Below, in pieces: positions 36,601-48,445 of a stretch of 64,000 bases of DNA. Both the position numbers and the translations under genes were made by a program. Numbering within the stretch: position 1 is the first letter of the stretch; each line of letters opens with the position of its first letter. Location of the stretch: NCBI GenBank assembly GCA_043228905.1, contig JBHGNT010000017.1, positions 13,144,001 through 13,208,000 of the forward strand, written 5' to 3'. Source of the stretch: Azolla caroliniana. Lineage: Eukaryota > Plantae > Polypodiophyta. The notes beneath the pieces are model-generated. The model was not told where the DNA came from, made no database searches, and saw only the letters and a list, made by a program, of their open reading frames with translations.

Positions 36601-39600
36601 GAGGACATAGTCCGATCGTCAAAGCACTTGCCAAAGCATGCGACGGAAGGGTGATAAATTGGCCGCAGATGCTCCCATATGCACTATGGGCGGATCGGAC
36701 AACGCATAGCTCCGTAACCAATTATATGCCGACAGAACTCATGACCGGACAAGCACCGGTAATGCCGACGGAAACCGCAATCGCGACATGGACAATGCTA
36801 CCATGGAAGGAAGAGATGAGCTGGGAAGAACTACTAGCGGTCCGGATACGACAACTAGAGGGAAGACCGGAAGACATAGCGGAAGCAATACGCCGACAAC
36901 AAGAAGCGCGATTCCGGAATAAAAGTCGGTTCGACACAAAGCATCGACTACGACCGCGGAAGATTGAAGAAGGAGATTGGGTGATTGTCTACGACAGTAG
37001 TTTGGATCATCAACATACAACGATGCGGAAGTTCACGAAAAGGTGGTTCGGACCATACGAGGTTCGGGAAGTTTTCGACAACGGAACTTACCAACTATGC
37101 GAGTTAGATGGAACAATGCTACGAGTGCCTATAGTCGGGAAACGGGTGAAGATTTTCAAGAAGCGGACTGATGAAGAACCCTATGTGATCCTAGACAAGA
37201 CCGATCAGAAGGAGCAATCAGACGAAGATCGTGATGATGCGGAAAGCGAAGAAAGTGGATTAGAACTCATCGTCGACTTAAGGGGAGAATCGGAGGAAGC
37301 TTCGGATGAAGGTGAATAGCAAGCATCGGGGACTTCGGCACATACCGGAGGATGTGCGGGTTCGGAGGGGGCGAGTGTCGTAGTGTAATTCGTACACTAC
37401 GTGAAAAATTACATTTTTGGTCTCTCCGGATAGGACATGGAGTACCCGGTGAGAACCGGAAGAAGGAACCGGTAAGGACCGAAACCGGCAAGGAGACCCG
37501 GCAAGAGCCGGATGAAGAAGGCCGGTGAGAGTCGGTGAGAAACGGACGAAGAGATCGGTAAGGAGGTCCCGGTAAGAACCGGACAAAGAAAACTATCAAG
37601 CACCAGATGAAGCAAAACCGGAAAGAGCCGGATGAAGAAGGCCGGTGAGAGTCTCTCACCGGATGAAGAGATGTATTTGTAAATAGAAGAAAGTATAAAT
37701 ATATATATATTACATGCATAGGGCAAGATTCAAACCTTGCACCTCCATGTTAATAATGTTAAGCCTTATCATTGTAGTAGGGTATTATGAATTTTAAAGT
37801 TATACTAAACTTTATTCCATGTAAAATTTCTATACATGCATGGTACAAAAGTTATTCATGCATAGACACTCGAGTTAGAAAGAAAAGATGAGATAGAAAG
37901 CTAATCATGCACATGTAGTGTCCATGAAAACTAAAGATAGAAAAAGCATGATGCTTGCATGTGATAAACTTAGACTCTTCCAACACTATATAAGGAAGAG
38001 AGAAAGATGTATAGAGGTTGTTGATTATTTTACAAGGGTTGATTAATATAAGATAATCGTGGGATTCACGAATTTGCTAACTATTCTCTCTTAATTTGAT
38101 TACTCACTAGTACACTATACTCGTGGGATTCACGAGGTTTTCATATCTTTCTTTCTTACAATAAATTTCATATTCTTAATTGCCTTAGAATTTTCTTTCC
38201 TCCTAGTCCAAAACCCCAGCGGTTCTCACCCGACTCACGCAACGATCCGGAGCCAAAAGGCACGACAACGCTTTGGTGCCGGAGTTCGCATCTAGTTTGA
38301 GATTACGATCGAGCGGGGTTGCCACGGATTTGCACTCAGCCATCCCAAACTTGTATAACAAGTTGAGGATGTAGTGACGTTGAGAGATCATGATTCCAGC
38401 CGGAGTCCGAATTACCTCGATGCCGAGGAAGTAGTGGAGCTCCTTCATGTCCGTCATCTCGAACTTGTCGGAAAGGAGGGATTTCACCTTAGTGATTTCG
38501 ACAAGATGCTCACCTCCAATGACTAGGTCATCCACATATAAGATGATGACGATCGGACTTGCGGAATCGCTTCGAATGTAGAGGGTGGTTGGATCATGTA
38601 CACCTCCTCATCTAATTCGCCTTGTAACAAGGCGTTCTTGACGTCCATTTGATGGAGGTGCCACCCTTTCGCCCCGGCAATCGCAATTACGGTCCGCACC
38701 GTCGTCATCTTTGCCACCAGGGCAAAGGTCTCTTCGTAGTCAACGCCATGTGTCTGAGCATATCCTTTTGCTACGAGTCGAGCTTTGTAGCAGTTTACGG
38801 AGCCATCAGCGTTGTACTTCACCTTGTAGACCCATCTGCATCCAATCGCCTTTTTGTGTGGTGAGGTGGGAACGAGATCCCACGTCTCGTTCTTCCGTAG
38901 TGCTTGCATCTCCTCGTTCATTGCTTCGATCCATCGCGGGTCCTTCGCGACTTCCGAAAAGGTTTCCGGCTCCCGTAGTGTCACTACCTTCATCATAAAG
39001 GCGTAATGGTACGCCATATAATCGTTGTAGCCGAATCGGCTTACGAGGTTCTTTTCATGAGTGGATCGGTGGAGCTTTTCATTTGCAGAGATGAGGGCTT
39101 TCTTGGCTCCAATTGGTACCTCGAAACCGCCGAACTTACTGTCAAATGAGTGAGTCGATTCATCGTCGTCGAAGCAATCATCTTCATATTCCGCCATTTT
39201 CGCCTTGCCTTTGTCCATCTTCGGGCTAGGCCATGATGTGCTTTGATCGCTCAAAGGCTCTTGTGGTTCGCTCAGTCGGGTCGTGATCGGACTTTCTTCG
39301 ATCATGCGCGTAGGGCGATCTTCATCCTCGATCTCTTGTTCGGCAGATTCCGGGTCGAGTGGAGTCAGAAGCGAAGTTGTCTCTGGTACGTACCAGGATG
39401 CGGACTCGTCAAAAACGACGTCTTGACTTACTCGAGATTTTTGAGTTGAGGGGTTGTAGCACTTGTACCCCTTTTGTTCGAGTGAGTATCCTACGAGGAT
39501 ACATTTCTCCGACTTCCGGTCAAGCTTTTGACGCTTCTCGTCGGGGATGTGCACGTATGCTATCGCGCCGAATATCCGGATGTGCGATAAGTCCGGTTTC

Positions 39601-41933
39601 TTTCCGAAGTATTTTTCGTGCGGAGTGACCTCGTGCATGCCGGATGTTGTGCACCGGTTCATTAGGTAGACGACCGTATTTGCAGCTTCAGCCCAATATG
39701 ACTTGGGCATATGCTTCTCGTTCATCATGGCCCGCGCTACTTCGAGGATGTGCCGATTTCTGTGCTCGGCTACTCCATTTTGTTGCGGAGTGTGTCGGCA
39801 AGTGAATTCTCGCCGAATTCCTTCCTTTCGGAGATACGCCGTGAAATCTTCCGAGTAGTACTCCTTGCCGCCATCCGATCAAAGACAACGTACATCTCGG
39901 CCCATGGCTTTCTCGACTTCATTCTTGAATTTTTGGAAGTGTCCGAACACTTCGCTCTTTTGCCGCATCGGATAGATCCAAGTGTGCCTAGAAAAGTCGT
40001 CGATGAAGAGCACGTAATATCGGTATCCGCCGAATGTCGTCGTTTGAGCCGGACCCCATACATCAGAATGAATTACGTCGAGTACGCCTTTGCTCACGTT
40101 CCGCTCCTTCGGAAATGGGTGTCGGTGTTGCTTGCCGAATTGGCACGCTTCGCATACACCTTCAATCTCCTTCTCTTTGAATTTTGGGAGTCCGATGACG
40201 ACTCCTTTCGATTTCATTGCTTTGAGTTAGTTGAGATTGATGTGGCCGATTCGCTTATGCCATAGCTCTATGTCGGATTCGGCTTTCGTGCTTTTCGCGA
40301 ACATGGCGGATTTCATCTCGTGCGAATCGAGAATGAACATCTGGCCCTCTCTTCTTCCACGTGCGATGATTTGGCCTTCTTTTTCGATGAAGCACCCTTC
40401 TTGATCGAATCGTACTTGCATCCCTTGCTCAACCATTTGGCCGACCGAGACCAAATTCTTTGTGATGGTAGGAACATGCAAGACATTTTTAATGTATGTT
40501 TGCTTACCTCTTTCGCTGAACGGGACATTGCCGATGTGCCAAATCGGGTGCGTAGTGTCATCTCCGGTTTCGACATAACTAGGTCGCCCCGGCTCTCGAA
40601 GTTCGAGAAACCATTCTTTATGGGATGTCATATGGTTTGAGGCTCCGGAGTCTACAAACCATACGTCCTCCGGATTGGGGGCACTAGTTGAGGTAGAGGC
40701 CAACATAGGCTTTGCTCTATGTTTCATCATGAACATTCCGCTACGGTCGGAGTTGTATGCGTACATTCCACCACGATCCTCGTAGTCGAAGTTGTGCCCG
40801 TACATCCGCTATACTCTTCGTAGTCAGAATTGTGCGCGTAATTCGTGAGTTGTCGGCTTGTGGAAGCCGATCCACGTATCTTCTTTCGGCACTCTTCTTC
40901 GTGGTGGCCGAGCTTTCCGCAATTTCCGCATTTGGTTGCATTTTGACGGCTCGGGCCGGAGTGGAAGCTCCCCCCCTTCTTGCAAAGGCTCCTCGTTGGC
41001 CTCCGTTTTGCGGCCGATATTGGGAGTTGTTGTCGTAGGTCAAACCTCGTTTGCCTTGTCCTTGGCCGAATCGGCCTCTCATTCATGCGCATCCTCTTCC
41101 TCCATTAGAGTGTGTGTAGAGCATGTGGCCTTCCGACTCATTGCTCCTTGTACGCACGTGGTTTTCTTCGACCAATAGCATTGATTGGAGCTCGAAGAAG
41201 GAGGGAGATTTTTCCCGTGCTAGAACGGCGGTTCGCATCGCGCCGAACCGTGGTGCGAGGCCGCCGAGGCATATTTGCACCATCTCATCATCATCTATAC
41301 TTACGCTTATTGAGCCGAGCGAGTCGCAAAGCTCCTTGATCTTCAAGGTGTATGTTGTGATGGACATGTCCCTTTGTGTAATGTTGTTGAACTCTTGGCG
41401 GAGTTGAAGCTTCCTCGCGGTCGTGTTGGTGGCGAAAATCTTTCATAGATTTTCCCACGCTTCCTTCGACGTCTTGGCTTCTCGTATGTAACGGAGCATG
41501 TGGTCGTGAACACATGTCGCCAAACAATACATCACGCGGCTTGCGGCTTGCTCCCATGTCGCGTATCCGGGAGCCGCTTCGGCGGGTCGGTCTTCATGCG
41601 CTCCTTTGATGTAGTTCCAATAGCCTTGTCCGACAAGGTATTGGTGCATCTTGTACTCCCAAGATGCGAAGTTGTTTCGATCCAACTTCTCGGTAGGGAG
41701 AGCGTTCCCCATTTGAGTATTCATTATGTCGATTCTTCTTCTTCTTCTTCTCTCTTCGAATGCGAGCTATGTAGCGAAGCTACGATAGCTATGAGCCAGT
41801 TCTTGGTTGTCGGCGTAGAGCACAACACACGATCACGATGAGGCGAATGGGCTAGATCGAGCTACCAAATCGCTCTGATACCATGTAAAGAATCAAGATA
41901 TGGATTCTTGTGAAGCGGAAAAGATGTGAGTTA

Positions 41934-41976
<43 letters not shown>

Positions 41977-42911
41977 AGCAAAGAGAATACACAAGGTAAA
42001 AGTATATTCACAAAGGAGAAAGACTCAACGTTATACAAGGTGGGAGGAGGGTGCTTTATGTAGTCACCCTCTCTCTTCATTAACTACAAGCCTCATGGAG
42101 CATAGGGAATGTGAAAGCTCATAAGTTATGTGTCATAGAATATGATTCTATGACTCATACTAAATGCTAGAATACAAAGTGGTGACATAATGGTGACTCT
42201 TGACCGTTGGAGTGTCTCTTCACTCTCAAGGTGAGTTCACACACTAGACCAAGTTGAGCTTGATTCTCAACACGGGCCATGACATGTATAGTTTTCTAGA
42301 TGGTTTTAGCGGATACAATCAGGTACACATGCATCTTGACAACCAAGAGAAGATTGTGTTTGTCACGGAGTGGGGTGTTTTCGTCGTTTTGGTCATGATG
42401 TTTGTGCTAAAGACGGTGCCTGCCATGTTCCAGCGAACAATTACAGAGATTTTTGGGGAGTACATACATGCCTTTATGCAAGTCTTTCTCGACGATTTCC
42501 CGGTATATGGAACACAAGGCGAACATTTGGGTCATCTTCGAGTTTGTTTGGAGCTCTGTCGTATGTCATGCCTCAGCCTTAATCCGGCCAAATGTGCATT
42601 CGGCGTCACCAGTGGGGCACTTCTCGGACACATCGTAAGCATATAACTCTGTGTATTTTCTAAACTTTCTATTATTGCTATGATCGTAGGATCGTGACAA
42701 GGAGTGCGAGCGAACTAGCACAACTATTGAGATGATATGGGAAGAGTAAGAAAAGAAATAAAGCAATGATGCAAGTGAAACTAAGGTGAGTAGGATTAGA
42801 GGTGACCAAGAGTAAAAGAGAATGAGAGAATGAGATGAAAGAAGAAGAGAAGAAGAGAAGAGTGAGTGAGAAAAGAGAAAAGAGAAAAGCTTAAGAAATT
42901 TTCATTAGAAA

Positions 42912-42963
42912 GACCTTGTGCAAACTAGTTTCGCTCTAGGTAGAGCTCATCAGTGCCAAGGTC
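42912..42963 (-). ncRNA. Minimal type I hammerhead ribozyme
   Basis: Minus strand reads GACCUUG GCA CUGAUGA GCUCU ACCU AGAGC GAAAC UA GUU UGC A CAAGGUC: complete core, stem II, short palindromic stem III, stem I. Confidence 0.88.
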
Positions 42964-42997
42964 ATTTACAACAAGAGGGTAGGTTTATATAGGGGGA

Positions 42998-43034
<37 letters not shown>

Positions 43035-43184
43035 GGAGTTTAATGATGGGAGAGAGGGAAACGGGGAATTGTGATAGGTAATGGATTGGTTAGTGAAAGT
43101 GGGTTAGAGGGGGGTTATATGTATGTACATGATAAGTGATAGGTGGGGGTGGGTGTGGGGGTGGGATATAAAAGGCATATAGTA

Positions 43185-45047
43185 TTAAGTGGGAGTTTTT
43201 ATGGATTTATATTTAGTTTTGACGAGAAGGGAATGAATGGACTTAGACTTAGTCCAACATATGAAGGGTCGCGGTAGTTCGGATAGTTGGGGATGTGTGG
43301 CTAAATCTGCGTGGAGGTTTTCTAGCATGTCGTGAATTCCTAATCTAGGGGTATCTTTCGTATACCTAAGTTTGAAGATGACAGGTATAAGGGTACTTTT
43401 AGGTTTTCTACTAAATACTAGTGATTTCCTAGCGTTAAATGGCACCTTTTTATAATTCTCTAATATAAAAGAAAGGGGATACCCTCTCTTAACTAATCTA
43501 TTAAAAAATAGTTTTTTCATTCGAAGGAAACCTAAGGGGGTACTTTCTCTAATTAGGTATCGTTTTAGTTCATTAATAATAAAATGACGTTTTAAGTGAA
43601 AGGGGTGAACTAACGAGAATGAGAGATATTGGTAGGCATTTTGGGGCTTTTGGTAGCAATTAAAGGAGAAATGTGAATTCTTTAGGTTAATCCATAAATC
43701 TAAGAACGGTAATCTAAAGGGAGAAGTGGTGATGGTAATTTTGATGCAGTTATTAGTGGAGGTGTTATAGAACTGGAGGTAATTTTCTAATTCGGGTTTA
43801 GTACCTGTCCATATCCCGAATGCATCATCTATATATCTAGTGAAATAAAAAAGATTAGGGTGTGATGGCTGGGAGTTCTCTAAGTGAGCTAAGAATAGGC
43901 ATGCATAAACTACAGAAAAATTACTACCCATGGCTGTACCCTTGACTTGTTGATAGATCATGTCATCAAAGGATAGAAAGTGATATTCTAATGTGAGTGC
44001 GCTAAGTGTATAGATAAGGTTAGTTTTAGAAGATGAAAAATGTGGGGTAATCATTTTTCGTAAAGCTTGGAGTCCTAACCTAGGGGGTATGCTGGGATAT
44101 AGAGATTCAACATCAAAGGTGAAGATAAAGCTATTAGGGGGTGGGTTGAGATGTTCTAAAGTCTGGACAAGGGAATGTGAGTCTTTCAAATATTGCTTTT
44201 GAAGGAGAAGGATAGGCATGAGTTGGTGGTGAAGCCATTTTGATGTTTGTTCAAAAAGGGAGTTATTGTATGAGCAAATAGGTCTAAAACCTATTGGGTT
44301 TTTATGGAGTTTTGGGAGGAAATAGATATTGCATACTTTGTACCCTTTTGAGGGTTTACGTAGTATGTAATTGGCTTCTATGTTGGATAGGGTACCAAGA
44401 TGGTTATTAACAATGTTTTTCAATCTATAGGATAATTCCTCAAGTGGATAGTGGGAGACTTTTTTATATGTATTAGTATCAGAAAGGTGTTCTATAGCTT
44501 TGTTATAGTACGTGTCCTTATCAAGAACACACACTCCAACATTCTTGTCAGCAGGTAGGATTATGATTTTGTTGTTTTTCTTAAGAGATTGTAAGGCTAG
44601 TGATAAGTGAGGTGCAATCCTAGTGGGTTTTAATTTGAGTGTATGAAGTGTGTCCCTAAAGATAGTTTGGTGTTTAGATATAATGTTTTCTAAGGGAGTG
44701 TACTTAGTAGGAGGTTGCCAACTAGGGTTAGGTAGCTTAAAGGGATTTTGGGGCAAATTATCCACATCTTTAAAAAAATGTTTAAGTCGAAGGGTCCTAC
44801 TTAGGCTATCAAATTCTTTAAGTAGGGTAGGGGATGATGGTGGAGAAGATGGGAGGATGTGTTTCAAACCTAGGCTAAGGAGTTGTGTCTCATGTTTAGA
44901 GAGGGAATAATTAGAGTGGTTGTGGATCCTACTAATTCTAGGTTTATTAAGGAGAGGTGTCCAAAATTTATTACGGGGTTTCCTACTATGGGTCTTTTTC
45001 ACATATGGGGAGAAGGGAAAATTAGGTGTATGACGTCCTAACCACAT
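43185..45047 (-). CDS. Penelope-like reverse transcriptase (RT plus thumb), 620 aa open
   Basis: LLSLGLKH, PADKNVG, YFLPKLHK..FRPICS, FDVESLYPSIP, KGTAMGS, RYIDDAFGIW, LPFLDL, YQKP..YL..HP, RGYP; no GIY-YIG before the stop. Confidence 0.92.
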   Translation of the reverse strand: MWLGRHTPNFPFSPYVKKTHSRKPRNKFWTPLLNKPRISRIHNHSNYSLSKHETQLLSLGLKHILPSSPPSSPTLLKEFDSLSRTLRLKHFFKDVDNLPQNPFKLPNPSWQPPTKYTPLENIISKHQTIFRDTLHTLKLKPTRIAPHLSLALQSLKKNNKIIILPADKNVGVCVLDKDTYYNKAIEHLSDTNTYKKVSHYPLEELSYRLKNIVNNHLGTLSNIEANYILRKPSKGYKVCNIYFLPKLHKNPIGFRPICSYNNSLFEQTSKWLHHQLMPILLLQKQYLKDSHSLVQTLEHLNPPPNSFIFTFDVESLYPSIPPRLGLQALRKMITPHFSSSKTNLIYTLSALTLEYHFLSFDDMIYQQVKGTAMGSNFSVVYACLFLAHLENSQPSHPNLFYFTRYIDDAFGIWTGTKPELENYLQFYNTSTNNCIKITITTSPFRLPFLDLWINLKNSHFSFNCYQKPQNAYQYLSFSLVHPFHLKRHFIINELKRYLIRESTPLGFLRMKKLFFNRLVKRGYPLSFILENYKKVPFNARKSLVFSRKPKSTLIPVIFKLRYTKDTPRLGIHDMLENLHADLATHPQLSELPRPFICWTKSKSIHSLLVKTKYKSIKTPT

Positions 45048-47244
45048 GAAAGTATCTAAAGTAGAAGTAGGTCTATCGAGAAGGTAAAAGAGACGTTTCG
45101 CGGGATGTATGGCGTGCCGAAACTGTTTACTATCGCGTTTGGCACGCCTAGCTACACGTTTTTTGTCCTAACATTATTACATGGGAAAGTTTGTAGTTTT
45201 GTGGGAAGGGGCCGATTATTGTGAGTACGGATAGGTTGTTTTCTATGAGGGATTTCATATAAGTGTGGGGGAAATTTTGAGGGTGCGGTAGAATATTGAA
45301 ATCTACTAGAAGTAGAAGGGGAGTTATGAGTAAAGAAGGGGGGGGTATGTGTAGGAAATGCATGAAAAGGGGGAGGGGTATAGTTTGGAAATAGGGAAAC
45401 GTTGTGGGGGTTATTAGGGGGGAAATGCATAGGGGCATGGTTAAAAAATGGGGGAGGGGTATGAGGGGGGTTTATAGAAAATAAAGGGGGGGCATGCATC
45501 AAATTTGTAGGAAGTAAGGAGGGGGGGGGAGGGGCGTGATTAGGGTTAAACGAATATGGGAAGTGAGAGGGTATGTTTGAAATTGTCTGCAGGGATGGGG
45601 TGGGGAGGAGAGGAGGAGGAGGAGGGCCGCGAGGGAAAGACGGAAGGTCGTTCGTGCCATGGCTTGCATGATCTCGTTAGAAAATCCATTGACCGTTTCA
45701 AAATTCATTAGCCTTGGATAGAAATGACAAATGTGGTGTTAGAAACATTGAAGTAGATTTGATGTTGCCGTGATTTGGTATGGCTAACGGTAGAAACATG
45801 GATAAAGAGGGGAAAAAGAAAGTGTATAAAATGTGGGGAAAGGAAAAAGGAAAGCAAAGGGGCCATAGATTGTAGTATGTACACATATTTAAGAAAACAT
45901 AAAAATATGAATAAGATTAGGGGATATGGCCTTCATTTGATTTAAAAGGTGTAGAGTTTGAATATTTTAGCGTGGTGCAAATTAAGGACTATTTATCCTT
46001 TTTTCTATTTCGAAGAAAAATACAGAATAAAAGCATTAAATGTCGAAATTAGGTGGCTCTTTTTATATGAAAGAAAGAGAAGATAGCTTATTTCGTGTCG
46101 CTCATGTTGTGTTTTAAGAGTGCACCATTAGGCTTCGTGAGGATTGTTTTTCCATTCTTCTTCTCCTCAATGTCCTTGAGGTATTCGGGTTTTATTTTCC
46201 TCTTCTTCGTGAGCATTTAGGGTTCTTCTTCTTCTTGTTGTTCTCAAGCATACCTTGAGACTAATTCTTTAGCTAGCACCATTACGTGTTGGTGGCTTCA
46301 AAGAAGGGTTTCGACAAGCTCACATACCGGTCGTTTGAAGGGAGGACAATGTGACCCAAGAACAAACACTACTCCGATTCAAGGCAGTGTAACCATTGGA
46401 GGTGGTCATGGTCTCGGCATCCCACTTAACTCGTCTATATCGAAAGCTTCAATGCTCTCATTTTTGTTTCCGTTTGTATTAGTGGTTAACTCGACATTAG
46501 TACCATTATAATCATTTATCTAGAACCTTTGTAAACCCTATTTCGGCATACAGAGTGGCCCATTTATTTCTTATTATTGTGCAATCAATCCCTTCGTAAT
46601 CTCATATATTTTTGTGCTATTCGCGTGTTTCGATTTTAACCTTGCGCGTTAATATTCATTCGACTCATTACTCTGACGAGCCTTCGACTCTAATGAGATT
46701 TCGAGTCTTGAAGAGCTTTCGACTTTGATGAGCCTTCGAGTCACCTAACATCCACACCCTCCTAGTTCTTGTGACCTCCCCTAATCCAAGACCCTCATGG
46801 TCCCGCTCGAGGAACACACGCACGTGTGCGACAACGTGATGGAGGCGGGTTAGAAATGGGCGCTCGCGTTCTTCGAGATAATGATTGGACGGTCCAGATT
46901 TGCACAAGAAGAAGAAGAAGAAGATGAAAGCCCATTCATCCCTCTCCCTGCACCGTCCGTTCCAGGCACGTGTACATACACAACACGCGTGCGCGCGGGC
47001 ATATATATACATAGATAGATATGTTACAACTTACATGTATGTATGTACATACATGATGATGTGTATATATATATACATTTATTTAATTAATTAATTAATT
47101 ATTTATCTATTTACATTTTTATGGGAAGGAGGGAGGTGCAATCGGATTGTTGGATCGCTGGCGAGCGAGAAGCTCTCTGTTAGCTTGCTGCAAGAGACAG
47201 AGAGAGACAGAGACAGAGACAGAGACAGAGACAGAGAGAGGGCT

Positions 47245-48414
47245 ATGGCTGGAGATGAAGCAGCAGCAGCAGGAAGTCGCAAAGGAGGAGGCTTCGACTC
47301 GGAACCAAGTGGAGTAGAAGTCAAAAAAAAATCAAATGCAGTAGAAGAAAGAAAAACCCAGAAGTCAGGGCTCGGGGTGGGCAAGAACTTCTTGGCAGGA
47401 GCTATGGCAGGAGCAACATCCACAGTTCTCTTCCAACCATTCGATGTCGTAAAGACCCACATTCAAGCATCTCCATCCTCCACAAACCCTGGGATCCGAG
47501 ATGTAGTAAAATATATCATTTCTCGTAAAGGGGCATTGGGGCTATGGGCGGGCACAACTCCTGCATTCGTGCGCGTTGGGATTGGTGCTGGACTTTACTT
47601 CTCTATGCTCGGCCCCATCTTGTCACTGCTTTCCACAGGTAGCTTCACCTCCCCTTCTTCCTCAGGGGGGGCATCGACTGAACAACTCCGCAAGACGCTC
47701 CCGAATTCGGTTATCCTTGGTGCGGGCGCGCTAACTAGATCTGTCGCTGCTTTCCTCGTCTGCCCCATTACTGTCGTCAAGACTCGCATGGAGGTAGAGT
47801 TGCTATTTTGAATTTTCTTTTTCTATTTTGATGTTTGGTAGATGTTATTGCATCATATGGTAGGGCAAACAGTTTAGACCTGGTCATTTGAGGGCTTGAT
47901 TTTGGTTTTACCTATGAATATCTTGCAAGAATATTCAAAGGGGGATGAAAGAGTATGTCTTCTTTGGTTTGTTGTAGCATTTTTCATTTGCTTCATCACG
48001 GTTGTCAAGACTTGAGTGGCAAGTTTTATGCTACTTGATTTTGATTGAATCCTTGATTTGTTTTTCTGCAGCATATAAGTGATGCATTTACTAAGGGCTG
48101 AATGAATATATTTTTTGCATTAGCATATGATCAATGAACATGTCCTTTTTATGTATTTTTCTCATCACACTATACATATTTAATTGTTTTCTCTAGCATA
48201 TTATGCAGGACATGGAGGATTGGTTGAAATTGTTTTATTTGATTTATTCTGCACATCATATGATTATTATATAATTGTTTTTCCTAGCATATGATGCAAG
48301 TGATATGAATGTGTCTTCTTCAATGCATTCCCTCACCACATGAATCCCATTGTTTCTCAAATGATGTTGGATATGTATATAAGACATATTCATTCATCAT
48401 CTCTGCCTCTGTAT

Positions 48415-48445
<31 letters not shown>

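Larger units (their letters stand above)
32041..38267 (+). mobile_element. Ty3/Gypsy of a fungal-type (Ylt1-like) lineage, RT/RNaseH deleted; LTRs 32041-33656 and 37376-38267; 4-bp TSD ACGC
   Basis: Both LTRs are 892 bp once the nested solo LTR is removed. PBS TGGTGAACCCGACGTGA at 33661; gag, ALIDHRSEINLM protease, integrase (WMVDIVAMP, IADRGEL, YNPEANGKVERGH); PPT GGAGGGGGCGAG. Lineage name is inferred. Confidence 0.88.
18635..42272 (-). mobile_element. Second copy of the same Copia family (LTRs 18635-19037 and 41884-42272; TSD CGGGC), hosting a DNA transposon and a Gypsy
   Basis: Matching LTRs; TSD at 18630-18634 and 42273-42277; pol continuous once 19528-31568 and 32041-38267 are removed. 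Confidence 0.95.
9936..42641 (+). mobile_element. Tat/Athila-like Gypsy split into 9936-12618, 17794-18634 and 42278-42641 by two Copia insertions; 5' LTR 9936-10400
   Basis: TG...CA LTR followed by PBS-like TGGCATGTCAGGTGG; gag with CCHC motifs; IIDGGSSVN protease. The RT reads across the insertion: ICVDYRKLN...DAVTG|HDMYSFLDGFSGYNQ...FLDDF. Confidence 0.88.
42642..45680 (-). mobile_element. Penelope-like retroelement (PLE) with no detectable endonuclease; ends approximate
   Basis: PLE-type RT ORF plus a downstream hammerhead ribozyme; truncates the Tat-like RT at 42641. Confidence 0.85.

Noticed and set aside
46330-46720. Possible old LTR after PPT-like GAAGGGAGGACAA-TGT
   Set aside because: No partner LTR, TSD or coding evidence in the window.
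46670-46742. Second hammerhead (CTGACGAG / TGATGAG motifs)
   Set aside because: It is a 17-18-bp degenerate tandem repeat without GAAA or closing stems.
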